A stretch of 64,000 nucleotides of DNA from an uncultured Sutterella sp. (GTDB lineage: Bacteria; Pseudomonadota; Gammaproteobacteria; Burkholderiales; Burkholderiaceae_F). Below are positions 36,401 to 47,218 of this stretch, one piece after another; the first letter of the stretch is position 1, and each line of letters starts with the position of its first letter. The stretch spans positions 2,628 to 66,627 of the forward strand of contig CAZHBC010000001.1 in assembly GCA_964530715.1 (NCBI GenBank), written 5' to 3'. Below the pieces are notes generated by a model, which saw only the letters and a list, made by a program, of their open reading frames with translations, did not search any database and was not told where the DNA came from. The position numbers and the translations under genes were made by a program.

Positions 36401-37405
36401 ATCTAAGTTGTGATTGAGACGAACAACTTCAACCCAGTTGCCCGAGGGGTTAACCATACGGTAGCTGGCGAGATTATCAACAGCTGTTCCCCAAAGGCAG
36501 GCTTTTTTGCCACCTGAGTTTTCACTGATGTTTCCACCAATCGTGGAGCTATCGGCACTTGCAGGGTCAACGGAGAAGACAAGACCTGCGGCAGAGGCCG
36601 CTTGCATGACGCGGCGCGTCACGGCGCCAGCGCCCGTGCTAATGACAGAGGTTGTCGTCGAGAGCCCAGGAAGAGTTTCTTCAAATACGGGGCCCACAAA
36701 GTCGAGTTTTTCTGTGTTGATAACAGCACTAAGAGCGCTCATCGGAACGCAGCCACCTGTGTAGCCAGTACCACCTCCACGCGGGATGATGACAAGGCCT
36801 AAGTCGATACAGGTACGAACGATGGCAGGGATTTCGGATTCGCTATCAGGTGTCAAGACAACAAAGGGATATTCGATACGCCAGTCTGTCGCATCGGTAA
36901 CGTGAGAAACACGCGTGAAGGCATCAAAACGAATATTGTCCTTGTGTGTATAGCGCTTAAGGCGGCGAAGAACTTTGCTACGCAATTTCGCCGTTTCTGT
37001 GAAAGAGGCTTCAAACTTATCGACGGCAACCGAGGCGTTTTCGATAAGTTTTCCAACTTCTTCGTCTTTAGCGCGGTCAGCCATACGGCGCTTATTCATT
37101 TCTGTTAAGCGATGACGTAGGGCTTCGATAAGGAGCTTACGGCGGTGTTTATCCTCAAGGAGGTCTTCCTGTAAGTAGGGATTCCTCTGAACGACCCAAA
37201 TGTCGCCCAAAACTTCAAAAAGCATCCGCGCGGATTGACCTGTTCGTGTTAAAGATTGAAGACTCGCAAGCAGTGACCAACTTTCCTCTCCGAGCAGACG
37301 GATGACAATTTCTTTGTCGGAAAAGGAGGTGTAGTTATATGGAATCTCTCGAACACGAGCGGCCAACGCAGGGTTGGCATCTTTGGGTGCATTTGTGGCT
37401 TTCAT
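33494..37405 (-). CDS. Large FAD-binding / 4Fe-4S oxidoreductase (DUF3683-containing, GlcD-GlcF fusion-like)
   Basis: [54 protein letters not shown] domains. Confidence 0.93.
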   Translation of the reverse strand: MKATNAPKDANPALAARVREIPYNYTSFSDKEIVIRLLGEESWSLLASLQSLTRTGQSARMLFEVLGDIWVVQRNPYLQEDLLEDKHRRKLLIEALRHRLTEMNKRRMADRAKDEEVGKLIENASVAVDKFEASFTETAKLRSKVLRRLKRYTHKDNIRFDAFTRVSHVTDATDWRIEYPFVVLTPDSESEIPAIVRTCIDLGLVIIPRGGGTGYTGGCVPMSALSAVINTEKLDFVGPVFEETLPGLSTTTSVISTGAGAVTRRVMQAASAAGLVFSVDPASADSSTIGGNISENSGGKKACLWGTAVDNLASYRMVNPSGNWVEVVRLNHNLDKIHKQKTVTWEITTKDGSQADPSKAKVLKKELLTIPGTTFRKAGLGKDVSNKFLGGLPGVQKEGCDGLITSATWVLHRMPKLGRTLCLEFFGAASEAGPAIVGITKLLDSHPDGCMLAGLEHMDDRYLHAVGYPPKTQRNEFPKMVLVGDIVADDEAALDRICKEVVALCEAHNGEGHIASTPEKRFQFWHERSRTAAISAHTNAFKLNEDVVIPLDKIGEYTIICERFNIECSIKNKLEMLEALSAFLKSKVNATTDGPDASKEGLFSESLPKAIELLDLVRERWTYVLENLDEPLKYAIVKLKPLGVKLSAARVKPYGKDATLFNVVYDRVLRISWHTEIRTPLIRLFPSNIFEELIEEIDAIHNKVLRGRVFIALHMHAGDGNVHTNVPLNSDNYAMMQLGEKAISLVMNAAKSLGGSITGEHGIGLTKIAFIDEADLKPFYDYLDRVDPQRHFNAGKLRKESGLANAYTPSFNLLGAESLLMQQTQIKAISDAIKNCLRCGKCKPRCTTHVPRANLLYSPRNKILATSLLIEAFLYEEQTRRGLSQRHLEAIEDLSDHCTLCMKCRPVCPVKINFGDVTILMRDLLHDSGLKHLQPAKAAGMAFLNLQNPTAIEAARKALIQFGFSAQRNANRLLSVAIQPALKRPPNTTGKQPFVEQVITLVNRKLPKPRLTKTMRATLGLTDTTRVPIIRKPDATNAEAVLYFPGCGNDRLFPEVGIAALALLYESGVQTVLPPRYMCCGYPQRGNGQGTLADKIVTENRVLFHRIANTLNYLDIKTVVVSCGTCLKQLKEYHFEQIFPGCRLIDVHEYLAEKGFSVEGDEKTRYLYHDPCHSPFSSGKPTDVVNKLLKPSDASRILKTDYCCGESGTFAVGRPDIATQVRFRKEENILQMRSELTKDNFEGAIRILTTCPGCFQGISRYSQATKTNAEFLVVELAQRKLGKNWLKEFVTRVKKEGIENVLV

Positions 37406-37454
37406 AATTTCGAAAAACAAACAGGGACAAAAGCGAAATTGCCCATTTTACATA

Positions 37455-37709
37455 TTAGTTTGAAGGGTTGCGGATTAGCCGATTGGCTTTAACGGGCCTT
37501 TCGCTTAGCCGAAAGGTGCCAGAGCCGTCGTCCAATATGTCGTAGCGCCATTTAAGATTTCCCCGAAGGTCTTCTAGCCAGGCTCCCGTCGGAAGCCCAA
37601 GTTCCTCGACGTTGACGTTAAGAAAACTTTCCGCTTCAAACGGGGTTGCAAAGGATTCTTGAAATTCGCCATAGTCGAGAATGACCTGAACAACAAGGTC
37701 TCTACGCAT
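37455..37709 (-). CDS. Small hypothetical protein
   Basis: AGGAG SD; fills the gap in a co-directional run; family not recognised. Confidence 0.7.
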   Translation of the reverse strand: MRRDLVVQVILDYGEFQESFATPFEAESFLNVNVEELGLPTGAWLEDLRGNLKWRYDILDDGSGTFRLSERPVKANRLIRNPSN

Positions 37710-37722
37710 TCGTTTCTCCTAC

Positions 37723-39126
37723 TTAAGAAAGCCTAGCAACAATGCGTGCGAGTGCTTTACAAAGGTTTTCCACATAATCCAAATGAAGCGCTTCATCAGG
37801 CCCGTGAGCATTGGAATGCGGACCAAGGACTCCTGTTAGGAGGAACTGCGCCGCAGGACAAGTTTCTTCCAAAGTATCGAAAATTGAAAGCGATCCCCCT
37901 TCACCAGAATAGACAGCAGGCGCGCCAAAAACCTCTTCACTTGCGCGTTGAATTTCGCAGGCGAGTGCAGGAGATTCCTCCGGTGCGTCCCACCCGTCAA
38001 AGGAAGAAAAGTCGAGCAATTCAACCTTCGCTCCAAAAGGAGGATTGGTAAGGAGAAGTTCTTGAAGCGCTTTTTCTGCGTCACTGGAATTTACCGTTGG
38101 CGGTAGACGCATCGAAAGTCGCAAAGAAGTGCTATCACGCAAAACATTTCCTGCAGTGGCGGCATCAGGCAAACCCGCCGCACCGATAACGGCAAGTTCA
38201 GGTAACCAGGTTTGCGCTAAAAGCATCTCTTCGGTGTTTTTTGAGCGTAGCACGGGATCTCCAATCCACGGGAAATCGTTTTCGAGACTTCCAATGAGAG
38301 CGGCTTTTTCTTTAACCTCTTTTAGGCGTGTAGCGGGAATTTCTCCGTAAAAGGCTTTGTCGAGAATCTTCCCTGAGGAGCTCTCTTCGAGTCGCTCCAG
38401 GAGATTCCTTGCAATCATGAAAGAGTCAGGGACAATGCCAGAAGCGGTTCCTGAGTGCACGCCGTGACGAAGAACGCTCACCTTGAGTGTTGCCGAGAGG
38501 ACGCCTCTGAAATTCGTTGTAACGCAAAGGCGTTTGTAGTCTAGGCATCCCGCATCGAGAACAAGAACGAGCGCAACGGACTTTAAACGCGAAGCGAGGT
38601 GGCGCATCCAGTAGTCAAAGTCGGGCGACCCTGATTCTTCTCCTGTCTCAAAAACGCCGAAAAGCCTCGGGTGAGAAACGCCACCAGCTTCTAGGGCTTT
38701 AGCGATGCTAAGGGAGGCATAAAAACTATAGCCATCGTCAGCGGCACCTCGGCCATAGAGGGTGTTGCCTTCAACAGTAGGAGCGAAAGCGGCACGCCCC
38801 TCAGACCATCCTTCGGCGGGCGGTTGTTTATCTAAGTGGCCATAGAAAAGGATATCTCCCTTAGAGGAGCCTTCTCCAAACGCAGGAAGTTCAAAGAAAA
38901 GCAGGGGAGACTTTCCCTTGGCTTCAAGAACTTCCACGTGAATGTCTTTAAGGAGTTTTTCTGCGAAACTTTTTGCTTGCAGGATGGCGCGCTGCAAATA
39001 GCCGTGCTCTTCCCAGGCGGCATCAAAGCCAGGAGAGAGACTCGGTATCGCAACGAAGTCTTTTAGTGCTTGAAGCACGTCGTTATGCCAGAGGCAAGAA
39101 AGAGTGGAATCAGTTTTAGAAAACAC
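37723..39126 (-). CDS. M20 family metallopeptidase/dipeptidase
   Basis: YGHLDKQP, LYGRGAADDGY, ETGEESGS, VHSG, NAHGPDE. Confidence 0.93.
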   Translation of the reverse strand: MFSKTDSTLSCLWHNDVLQALKDFVAIPSLSPGFDAAWEEHGYLQRAILQAKSFAEKLLKDIHVEVLEAKGKSPLLFFELPAFGEGSSKGDILFYGHLDKQPPAEGWSEGRAAFAPTVEGNTLYGRGAADDGYSFYASLSIAKALEAGGVSHPRLFGVFETGEESGSPDFDYWMRHLASRLKSVALVLVLDAGCLDYKRLCVTTNFRGVLSATLKVSVLRHGVHSGTASGIVPDSFMIARNLLERLEESSSGKILDKAFYGEIPATRLKEVKEKAALIGSLENDFPWIGDPVLRSKNTEEMLLAQTWLPELAVIGAAGLPDAATAGNVLRDSTSLRLSMRLPPTVNSSDAEKALQELLLTNPPFGAKVELLDFSSFDGWDAPEESPALACEIQRASEEVFGAPAVYSGEGGSLSIFDTLEETCPAAQFLLTGVLGPHSNAHGPDEALHLDYVENLCKALARIVARLS

Positions 39127-39140
39127 AGAAGTAATCCTTT

Positions 39141-40268
39141 TTACCGTTGAATGACAAAAGAAGAGACGCCTAAAAGCGTGTTAATTTTTTTAGAAAAGGC
39201 GCTTGCCGCAGAGTGCTCTTTTTCACCCCCGACAAGAACTCGATAAAGATTTCCGTCAGGGAAAACTTGAACAGAGGTAGAGAGCTGATTTTCTGAAAGC
39301 ATCATTTCCGTGTGAGCGGCAACCTCACGCGCATTGACTTCGCTAGAGAAAGCACCGACTTGAACTCGCCAGAGGGGAGTCGTTGTTGAGGCTTTCTCTT
39401 CTCCTAAGAGGGCATCGATTGCATCGGGTGCCTGTGAGTCAGTAGCAACCTCAGTGGCGACGCCCTCTTGAGGTTCTTCTATGCTTACAGCGCCTTCGTC
39501 AATAGAGGGTTCGGCCTGAGAGGAGGAATCCTTAGCCACGATAGTAGCGATGGCATCTGTTGCCGGTGTCGAGTCGGAGGCGGCGGTTTCGGTTGTTGTC
39601 TCTGCAGACTCTACGAGAGCAACGCCCTGTTCGATGACTTCTTCATCCTCTTTAGGAGTACTAGGCGCCTCCACCGGCTTCTTTGCTGGGGATGTATTGG
39701 TTGCAAAAACTTTCCCAGAGGCAATTGAACGCCGCGAGATGCGTTCAATTTTCACGCGTGTGGTACCCGCTTTGTGGTAGCCAAGTTTGACGGCAGCTGC
39801 GTAACTCATATCGATAGCTCTACCGCCTAAGAATGGACCACGATCGTTCACGCGCACAATGACACTTAAACCATTCTTTAAATTGGTGACGCGGGCATAA
39901 CTTGGAAGTTCCATGGTCGGATGCGCAGCTGTCATGGCAAACATGTTATAGCGTTCACCAATTGCTGTTTTCTTTCCGTGAAATTGTTTTCCATACCAAC
40001 TAGCAATACCAACCTGCGTGAATTCTTCATCTCCAGACATCGGGTAGTAACGTTTTCCCATGACGGTGTATGGACGGCTTGCGGCGCGGGAGGGCTTCTC
40101 AATTTTCAGTTCACTAAGGTCTTCAGTCTCAATGCCGTGAGATGCGTCAGGAGGACCGTCGTGGTCGTAGAACTTTCCGGCCCGAGAGGAAGGAGAACTC
40201 GAGCACCCAACGACCAAGAATACACAGGCCAAAGAGGAGAGAAAAAGAACTTGTCGAGTAGAAAACAT
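39141..40268 (-). CDS. rlpA: Septal ring lytic transglycosylase RlpA lipoprotein
   Basis: Lipobox VVGC, ASWYGKQFHG, MTAAHPT, VRVNDRGPF, C-terminal SPOR (VQVGAF). Confidence 0.96.
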   Translation of the reverse strand: MFSTRQVLFLSSLACVFLVVGCSSSPSSRAGKFYDHDGPPDASHGIETEDLSELKIEKPSRAASRPYTVMGKRYYPMSGDEEFTQVGIASWYGKQFHGKKTAIGERYNMFAMTAAHPTMELPSYARVTNLKNGLSVIVRVNDRGPFLGGRAIDMSYAAAVKLGYHKAGTTRVKIERISRRSIASGKVFATNTSPAKKPVEAPSTPKEDEEVIEQGVALVESAETTTETAASDSTPATDAIATIVAKDSSSQAEPSIDEGAVSIEEPQEGVATEVATDSQAPDAIDALLGEEKASTTTPLWRVQVGAFSSEVNAREVAAHTEMMLSENQLSTSVQVFPDGNLYRVLVGGEKEHSAASAFSKKINTLLGVSSFVIQR

Positions 40269-40487
40269 AATGCAAATGCAAGAGGGTTAAAACGCGAAAA
40301 TTTAAACGTGAAAACAAAAATCTATCAAAGGTAAGAGAATAGCGCTGTTACGAGGGAAAGAGGGGAAAATAGACTATGATTACAACCTGAAAACTTCCTT
40401 GGGGGCTAGAGAATCTTGGCGAAGCCCCTCGGGGTTCTGTTTGTCCATAATTTTGATTTAGGCGGACTTTGTTGTCCGAACACAGAA

Positions 40488-40775
40488 ATGGCTCTTGCTT
40501 TAGAGGATATTTACCGCATTGCAGAGCTTGCTCATATCGACATTGATGACGAGCAAGCCGTGAAGATGCAGGGTGAGTTAAACGACATCTTTCAGATGAT
40601 TGAAAACATTCAGGCGGTCGATACTACGAATGTGGAACCGATGATGCATCCGCATGATGACACGCAACGTTTGCGTGAAGATAAGGTTGAATTCGGAAAC
40701 AATCGCGAAGAGAACATGAAAAACGCCCCCGAGCAGTACGAAGGGATGTTCCTTGTTCCGCGTGTTGTGGAATAG
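40488..40775 (+). CDS. gatC: Asp/Glu-tRNA amidotransferase subunit C
   Basis: IYRIAELAHI, VDTTNVEPM, LREDKV, FLVPRVVE; start at MALALED. Confidence 0.96.
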   Translation: MALALEDIYRIAELAHIDIDDEQAVKMQGELNDIFQMIENIQAVDTTNVEPMMHPHDDTQRLREDKVEFGNNREENMKNAPEQYEGMFLVPRVVE

Positions 40776-40784
40776 GAGAGGCCG

Positions 40785-42242
40785 ATGTCAGATACTCGCT
40801 TTCAAACTGTTGTCGAGCTTTCTCGAGCCTTGCAGGCGAAAGAAGTTAGCGCTGTTGAGCTTGCAACAGAATATTTAAAACGCATCGAAGCGGCTAAGGC
40901 TCTCAATTGCTTCTTGGATGTCCGCCCCGAGGTGACTCTTGAACAGGCGAAAGCCGCCGATAAGAGGATTGCTGAAGGGAAGGCAGGAAAGCTCACAGGT
41001 ATTCCCATTGCACACAAGGATATCTTTGTGACGCGCGAGTGGGCCTCGACCGCAGCAAGTCGAATGCTCGAAGGCTATATGAGCCCCTTTGATGCGGCGG
41101 TGGTTGCAAAACTTAAAGACTCCGGCATGGTCACTCTTGGGAAACTCAATTGCGATGAGTTCGCAATGGGTTCTGCTAATGAAAACTCCGCCTATGGCAA
41201 GGTTTTTAATCCTTGGGACGCGAAGGCGGTTCCTGGTGGAAGTTCTGGTGGATCGGCTAGCTGCGTTGCCGCAGGCCTGGCGCCAATTGCAACCGCAACT
41301 GACACGGGAGGGTCAATTCGAGAGCCCGCAAGTTTCTGTGGAATTACGGGCGTAAAACCCACCTATGGGCGTCCAAGTCGCCTCGGAATGATTGCCTTTG
41401 CGTCAAGCCTAGATACAGCGGGTCTTATGGCTCACACGGTCGAAGATATCGCTTGGGTCTTAGGAGATATGGTTGGCTTTGAGCCGTGGGATTCCACAAG
41501 TGAAAATGTTCCAACAGAGGATTTTTCTCGCGACTTACAAAAGGGTGTGAAAGGGCTTCGCATCGGAATTCCGAGAGCATGGTTTGGAGAGGGCCTTGAC
41601 CCAGAGGTGAAGGCGGCTATCGAGAAGGTTATTGATGAGTATGCCGCGCAGGGCGCGGAAATTGTCGATGTTGAGTTGCCTAATGCGGGTCTTGGCGTCT
41701 CGGTCTATTACGTTGTTGCCTGCGCGGAGGCAAGTTCAAATCTCTCGCGCTTTGATGGTGTCCGTTACGGGTATCGTGCCAAGGAATATGGTGACATTCA
41801 GGACATGATTAAAAAGAGTCGCAATGAGGGACTCGGGGCAGAGCCTAAGAGACGTATTCTCATTGGCACCTATGTGCTCTCTCACGGCTACTATGATGCT
41901 TACTACATCAAGGCACAGAAGGTGCGCCGCCTGATTGTCAATGAATTCACAGAAGCCTTCAAGAAGGTCGATGCCATCTTGAGCCCCGTGACAACGTCAA
42001 CGGCATTTGATTTTGGGGCAAAGAGTGACCCTGTGACAGCCTATATGGGAGACCTCTACACGGTGCCCGCATCGCTCGCGGGACTGCCTTGCATGAGTCT
42101 ACCGTGTGGATTCCATTCCAATGGGCGTCCCATTGGTGTGCAGCTTGCCTGCGCACGGTTTGAAGAGGCGAAGATGCTGCGGATTGCAAACGCCTATCAA
42201 CAGGCAACAAAGTGGCATTTGTGCCATCCCGAAAATAAATAG
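40785..42242 (+). CDS. gatA: Asp/Glu-tRNA amidotransferase subunit A
   Basis: [47 protein letters not shown]. Confidence 0.99.
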   Translation: MSDTRFQTVVELSRALQAKEVSAVELATEYLKRIEAAKALNCFLDVRPEVTLEQAKAADKRIAEGKAGKLTGIPIAHKDIFVTREWASTAASRMLEGYMSPFDAAVVAKLKDSGMVTLGKLNCDEFAMGSANENSAYGKVFNPWDAKAVPGGSSGGSASCVAAGLAPIATATDTGGSIREPASFCGITGVKPTYGRPSRLGMIAFASSLDTAGLMAHTVEDIAWVLGDMVGFEPWDSTSENVPTEDFSRDLQKGVKGLRIGIPRAWFGEGLDPEVKAAIEKVIDEYAAQGAEIVDVELPNAGLGVSVYYVVACAEASSNLSRFDGVRYGYRAKEYGDIQDMIKKSRNEGLGAEPKRRILIGTYVLSHGYYDAYYIKAQKVRRLIVNEFTEAFKKVDAILSPVTTSTAFDFGAKSDPVTAYMGDLYTVPASLAGLPCMSLPCGFHSNGRPIGVQLACARFEEAKMLRIANAYQQATKWHLCHPENK

Positions 42243-42261
42243 GTAAGCAACGGAGAAAAAC

Positions 42262-43713
42262 ATGCAGTGGGAAGTTGTTATCGGATTAGAGACGCACGTT
42301 CAGCTCTCGACGAATTCCAAGGTTTTTTCTGGTGCATCAACTGCGTTTGGCTCGGAGGCCAATACGCAGGCCTGTTACATTGATTTGGCTTTGCCGGGTG
42401 CGTTACCCGTTTTAAATCGTGGTGCAGTAGAACGCTCGATGAAGTTCGGTCTAGCTATCGGAGCGGAAGTTGCCGAGCACTCTGTCTTTGATCGTAAGAA
42501 TTATTTTTATCCCGATCTTCCGAAAGGCTATCAAATTAGTCAGTTCGAGCACCCGATTGTCAAAGGCGGAAAGCTAACCTTTACGGTAGAACCCAAAGAG
42601 GGAGAGCCGTACATCAAGACGATTAATCTTACGCGTGCACACCTAGAGGAAGACGCTGGTAAGAGTAATCACGGTGTCCTACGCGGGAAATCTGGCATGG
42701 ATTTAAATCGCGCAGGAACCCCGTTACTTGAGATTGTTACGGAGCCAGAGTTAAGAAGTTCTGCGGAGGCTGTTGGTTACGCTAAGGCGTTACACGCACT
42801 TGTCGTTTGGTTGGGGATTTCACACGGCAATATGCAGGAAGGAAACTTCCGTTGTGATGCGAACGTCTCTGTGAGACCTGTTGGCGAGACAAAGTTTGGA
42901 ACGCGCTGCGAAATTAAGAATCTGAATTCGTTTAAGTTCTTGCAAGACGCTATCGACTACGAAGTTCGTCGTCAGATTGATGTTATTGAAAACGGTGGCA
43001 AGATTGTTCAGGCAACACGCCTTTACGATCCTGACAGAAACGAAACCCGTGAGATGCGCAGTAAAGAGGATTCGATGGATTACAGGTATTTCCCAGATCC
43101 CGACCTCTTGCCGCTTTACATCAGTCCCGAATGGAAAGCGAAGGTCTTAAGTGAAATGCCAGAGCTTCCTGACCAGATGCGGGCAAGGTTTGTTCGGGAT
43201 TTTGGTCTTAGCGAATACGATGCGGCAGTTCTCACTTCCAGCCGAGACATCGCAGATTATTTCTGTGAGACAAGTAAAGAACTCAAGGATAAGAAACTTG
43301 TTGCGAACTGGGTAATGGGAGAAGTTGCAGCAGCGGTGCATGCGGCAGATGCAATGGACTATCAGAGTTGCCCAGTGAAAGCAGAAACTTTGGCTCAGAT
43401 TCTTAAGCGGCTTGCCGATGGCACAATCAATGCCAAAGGTGCCAAACGGATCTTTAGTCTAATTTGGGATGGGGCAGAAGACGGTGTTGATGCACTCATC
43501 GAAAAGGAAGGTTTAAAGCAAATCTCGGATGCAAGCGCGATTGAACCGATTATCGATGAGATTCTCGCGAAGAACGCAGCGATGGTAGAAGAGTTTAGAA
43601 GTGGGAAGCAAAAAGCCTTTAACGCGCTTGTCGGTCAAGCGATGAAAGCGACAAAGGGGAAGGCAAACCCGCGGCAGGTAAACGAGATTTTGCGTAAGAA
43701 ACTCGCAGGATAA
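42262..43713 (+). CDS. gatB: Asp/Glu-tRNA amidotransferase subunit B
   Basis: [44 protein letters not shown]. Confidence 0.99.
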   Translation: MQWEVVIGLETHVQLSTNSKVFSGASTAFGSEANTQACYIDLALPGALPVLNRGAVERSMKFGLAIGAEVAEHSVFDRKNYFYPDLPKGYQISQFEHPIVKGGKLTFTVEPKEGEPYIKTINLTRAHLEEDAGKSNHGVLRGKSGMDLNRAGTPLLEIVTEPELRSSAEAVGYAKALHALVVWLGISHGNMQEGNFRCDANVSVRPVGETKFGTRCEIKNLNSFKFLQDAIDYEVRRQIDVIENGGKIVQATRLYDPDRNETREMRSKEDSMDYRYFPDPDLLPLYISPEWKAKVLSEMPELPDQMRARFVRDFGLSEYDAAVLTSSRDIADYFCETSKELKDKKLVANWVMGEVAAAVHAADAMDYQSCPVKAETLAQILKRLADGTINAKGAKRIFSLIWDGAEDGVDALIEKEGLKQISDASAIEPIIDEILAKNAAMVEEFRSGKQKAFNALVGQAMKATKGKANPRQVNEILRKKLAG

Positions 43714-43723
43714 TTTTCTTGGA

Positions 43724-43761
43724 TCCTAAGGGTGTCTTTGAGAAAATAGATGCCCTTAGGA
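43724..43761 (+). terminator. 14-bp stem-loop after gatB (terminator or 3' stabiliser)
   Basis: TCCTAAGGGTGTCT / AGATGCCCTTAGGA, fully paired with two G-U wobbles; no U-tract. Confidence 0.5.
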
Positions 43762-43811
43762 AAGAAAGCAAAGCCCCAGAAAAAAGCGTATTTCTTTGAG
43801 GACGGTTTTCT

Positions 43812-44591
43812 ATGTTGCAAGTAACGACATTTAACGCTAACGGCATCCGATCGGCGACAAAGAAAGGCTTTTGGCAGTGGTTTGAGAAGGAGAATTCGGA
43901 CATTCTCTGCGTGCAGGAACTCAAAGCACAACTCAAAGACATCCCTCCAGAATTTCAGCAGTTTCAAGAGTACAAAGGCTACTTTCACTGCGCAGAAAAG
44001 CCAGGGTACTCTGGCTGTGGTCTTTGGTCACGTGTGACGCCAGAGAACGTGCAAATCGGTTTTGGCATCAAAGAGTTCGATGCCGAGGGACGATACGTTC
44101 GCGCGGACTTCGAAAAGCTCTCGGTGGTTTCTGTCTATTTCCCCTCGGGCACAAGTGGAGAAGAGAGACAGGAGGCAAAGTACCGGTTTCTTGCAGCGTT
44201 TGCAGAACATATGGACGCGTTGCGTTTAGAAGGTCGAGAAGTTCTCTTCTGTGGCGACGTTAACATCGCACATAAAGAGATTGACTTAGCCAATTGGAAA
44301 GGAAATCTTAAACACACGGGATTCCTTCCCGAAGAAAGAGCGTGGTTAACGGATTGTTTCGAGCATCGCGGGTGGAAAGACGTGTTTCGTTGTCTAAATC
44401 AAAGTGCGGGGCAGTACACGTGGTGGAGCCAACGCGGCAGGGCAAGAGAAAAGAATGTAGGGTGGCGTATTGATTACGAGATTGCTTCGGAGCGACTAGC
44501 AAAAGCAGCGGTGAAGACAAGTATTTATCGCGAGGAAAAATTCTCCGACCATGCGCCGCTAACCGTCGCCTACGAGGGAGAATGGCTCTGA
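43812..44591 (+). CDS. xth: Exodeoxyribonuclease III / AP endonuclease
   Basis: FNANGIRS, CVQELKA, CGDVNIAH, GWRIDY, SDHAP. Confidence 0.96.
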   Translation: MLQVTTFNANGIRSATKKGFWQWFEKENSDILCVQELKAQLKDIPPEFQQFQEYKGYFHCAEKPGYSGCGLWSRVTPENVQIGFGIKEFDAEGRYVRADFEKLSVVSVYFPSGTSGEERQEAKYRFLAAFAEHMDALRLEGREVLFCGDVNIAHKEIDLANWKGNLKHTGFLPEERAWLTDCFEHRGWKDVFRCLNQSAGQYTWWSQRGRAREKNVGWRIDYEIASERLAKAAVKTSIYREEKFSDHAPLTVAYEGEWL

Positions 44592-45289
44592 TGCGCCTCG
44601 AACAAGTTCTCTTTAGCCAGGGATTTGGTACTCGTCATGAGTGCCGAGGAATCATCGAGCAGGGAAGAGTGCTTTTTGACGGAAAAGAAGAGACGCAAGC
44701 GGAAGCGGAAGTTAACCCAGAAGGAAAGTGGTTTTCTGTGGATGGGGTTTCCTGGCCTTATGTGGAAAAAGCGCTTGTAATCCTCAATAAACCCGCAGGC
44801 TATGAGTGTTCCACTAAGCCAAGAGATTATCCAAGCGTGTTGGGGCTACTTCCTACGCCACTACGCAGGCGAGGATTGCAACCCATTGGAAGACTTGATG
44901 CGGATACAACGGGGCTCTTGCTTCTTACCGATGATGGGGTATTGAATCATCGTTTGACACATCCGAAACATAAGGTGGAGAAAACCTACCGCGTCACGCT
45001 AAAGCACGCAGCAAGCGAGGCTTTAAAAGAAAAGTTACTTTCTGGCGTATTGTTAAGGGATGAAAACGAGACGGTGCGGTCGACGTACTGTGAAGTGCTC
45101 TCAGAGCATGAGATTTTGATGCGAATTACAAGCGGAAAATACCATCAGGTTAAGCGGATGATCGGTGCCGCGGGTAATCGCGTCGAAGCGCTAAAGCGTG
45201 AGTCGTTTGCAGGGATTGCGCTACCGAAAGATTTAAAAATAGGGGCCTGGACGTGGGTCTTTGACTTTCCAGGAAACAGTAACTTATGA
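44582..45289 (+). CDS. rsuA: RsuA-family 16S rRNA pseudouridine synthase
   Basis: S4 domain, NKPAGYECS, GRLDADTTGLLLLTDDG, GKYHQVKRM. Confidence 0.85.
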   Translation: MALMRLEQVLFSQGFGTRHECRGIIEQGRVLFDGKEETQAEAEVNPEGKWFSVDGVSWPYVEKALVILNKPAGYECSTKPRDYPSVLGLLPTPLRRRGLQPIGRLDADTTGLLLLTDDGVLNHRLTHPKHKVEKTYRVTLKHAASEALKEKLLSGVLLRDENETVRSTYCEVLSEHEILMRITSGKYHQVKRMIGAAGNRVEALKRESFAGIALPKDLKIGAWTWVFDFPGNSNL

Positions 45290-46608
45290 AAGAAGCCGAA
45301 AAGGGAAAACTCCGTAGTGCGCTGTCGATTTATGGGAAACCAGCGACGGTGCGCATGCTCTTTTTGGGATTTTCTTCAGGACTCCCCTTACTGCTTGTTC
45401 TCGGAACTTTAGGGTTTTGGCTTCGTGAGTGCGGAATTGAGTTGAGAACCATCGGCTTTATGAGTTGGGTTGGTCTCTGTTGGGGGATGAAGTGGTTGTG
45501 GGCTCCGCTCGTGGATAGATTGCCAATACCGATTCTCACGAAAGTCTTTGGACGGCGTAGAGCCTGGTTAGTCCTTGCTCAAGGAGCGCTCATGTGTTCC
45601 TTAGCTGCGCTGGCGTTCTCTGACCCAACGCACAACATGCCTCAAGTTGTTTTCCTTGCGGGCATTACAGCTTTTTTTGGTGCAACGCAGGATATCGCTC
45701 TAGATGCTTATCGTATTGAAAGTGGCTCTGAGACTGAACAGGCGGCTTTCGCAGCGGCCTATCAGACAGGATACCGCATCGCAATGATCTGGTCGGGCGC
45801 AGGGGCGCTCGCAATTGCTGGCGCGTTTGAAGATGCGACTGCTGGCGGTTGGTGCATCGCCTATCTTGTGATGTCTGCGAGTATGTTCGTAGGGCTCCTT
45901 ACAACACTCTTAAGCCCGCGGGAGCCTTCTGTCGAGAAACCCTCTCGGAGAGAGAGTTTTTCTCAGTGGTTCTATGAAGCCGCTTGCATGCCATTTGTGG
46001 ATTTCTTTTCGCGATTTGGATGGTGGGCAGTGGTTGTTCTGGCGTTAATTGCAACCTATCGAATCAGTGATGTTGTCATGGGAGTCATGGCAAATCCTTT
46101 CTATCAAGATTTAGGATTCACAAAGCAAGAAGTCGCCGCCGTTAGTAAGGTTTTTGGCGTCATCATGACGTTGCTTGGGGCTTTTATAGGCGGCGTTGTC
46201 GCAATGCGTATTGGTGTTATGAAAACGCTTTTCGCTGGGGCGCTTCTCTCTTCTGTGACGAATCTACTTTTCTCAGCCTTAGCGGGTATCGGTCACGATG
46301 TGACATTTCTTATCTTCACTGTGAGCGCAGATAACCTCGCAGGAGGTCTTGCAAGCGCTGCTTTTGTGGCTTACCTTTCAGGATTAACGAACAAAGCGTA
46401 TTCGGCAACGCAGTACGCGCTTTTTTCTTCTGTGATGCTCTTTTTACCGAAGTTCCTAGCAGGTTTCTCAGGCGTTGCTGTAGAGGCAATAGGCTACTCG
46501 GGATTCTTCATCGCAACAGCTCTGTTAGGGATTCCTGTATTGCTTCTTGTCGTAGCAGCAGGCTTCGCTCGCAAACATCTCATGGCTACGGACGACAAAG
46601 CCCCTTAG
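45286..46608 (+). CDS. ampG: Muropeptide MFS transporter AmpG
   Basis: LGFSSGLPLLL, KWLWAPLVD, GRRRAW, ATQDIALDAYRIE, ATQYALFSS. Confidence 0.95.
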   Translation: MKEAEKGKLRSALSIYGKPATVRMLFLGFSSGLPLLLVLGTLGFWLRECGIELRTIGFMSWVGLCWGMKWLWAPLVDRLPIPILTKVFGRRRAWLVLAQGALMCSLAALAFSDPTHNMPQVVFLAGITAFFGATQDIALDAYRIESGSETEQAAFAAAYQTGYRIAMIWSGAGALAIAGAFEDATAGGWCIAYLVMSASMFVGLLTTLLSPREPSVEKPSRRESFSQWFYEAACMPFVDFFSRFGWWAVVVLALIATYRISDVVMGVMANPFYQDLGFTKQEVAAVSKVFGVIMTLLGAFIGGVVAMRIGVMKTLFAGALLSSVTNLLFSALAGIGHDVTFLIFTVSADNLAGGLASAAFVAYLSGLTNKAYSATQYALFSSVMLFLPKFLAGFSGVAVEAIGYSGFFIATALLGIPVLLLVVAAGFARKHLMATDDKAP

Positions 46609-47213
46609 TGTGAAGCCTTTTTCTGCGCGTGCCGTGTAACTTCTGCAATCTCTGCTACGCAGGCCTGTAGGTCGGCCAATGCTTCATCAAGAGAAGCAAA
46701 AGCAATATCTTCTTCGATGTTTTCAAGAAGGTCCTGAGACTCTTTGTCATCGGCGTCAATGTCTGCGTAACGCAAGATTCCAACGAGCGCTGCGCGAACG
46801 GCATCGTTCTCGGTTTTCATAAGCTCCGGCCAAAGGAGAGTGGCTTGCAGGAAACCGTTAGCAAAGGGCCGCAGGGGGCAGAAGGGATCCTCTTCAGTAG
46901 CGTCTTCATCAAAGAGAATTGGGTCAATGGGTTTTTCTGCAAGAATAGCCGCCTCAAGTTCTGCACCACGACGAAAGACGAGGTGACGTAGCTCGGAAAT
47001 TTCAGGGAATTGTTTCGCACTAGGAGCCTTCCCATCTAGGCTAAGAATGGGAGCAAACCACGCATCTGCCTTTGGCGGATTGCGCATAAGAGCAATCGCA
47101 GTGAGGTAGCCATCGAGCATATCGGGTTCCATCGGAATGTAGGGCTCAGGGATGCTTGCTAGGAGCTCCCCGAGCATTTCGATTTCTGCCAAAGAAAGAG
47201 GAGTTTGTTTCAT
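46605..47213 (-). CDS. YecA/UPF0149 family protein (no SEC-C tail)
   Basis: PLSLAEIEMLGELL...MLDGYLTA...FANGF pattern. Confidence 0.75.
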   Translation of the reverse strand: MKQTPLSLAEIEMLGELLASIPEPYIPMEPDMLDGYLTAIALMRNPPKADAWFAPILSLDGKAPSAKQFPEISELRHLVFRRGAELEAAILAEKPIDPILFDEDATEEDPFCPLRPFANGFLQATLLWPELMKTENDAVRAALVGILRYADIDADDKESQDLLENIEEDIAFASLDEALADLQACVAEIAEVTRHAQKKASH

Positions 47214-47218
47214 GGTTC

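Noticed and set aside
39420..39720. Low-complexity acidic linker in RlpA
   Set aside because: Variable disordered linkers between the DPBB and SPOR domains are typical of RlpA.
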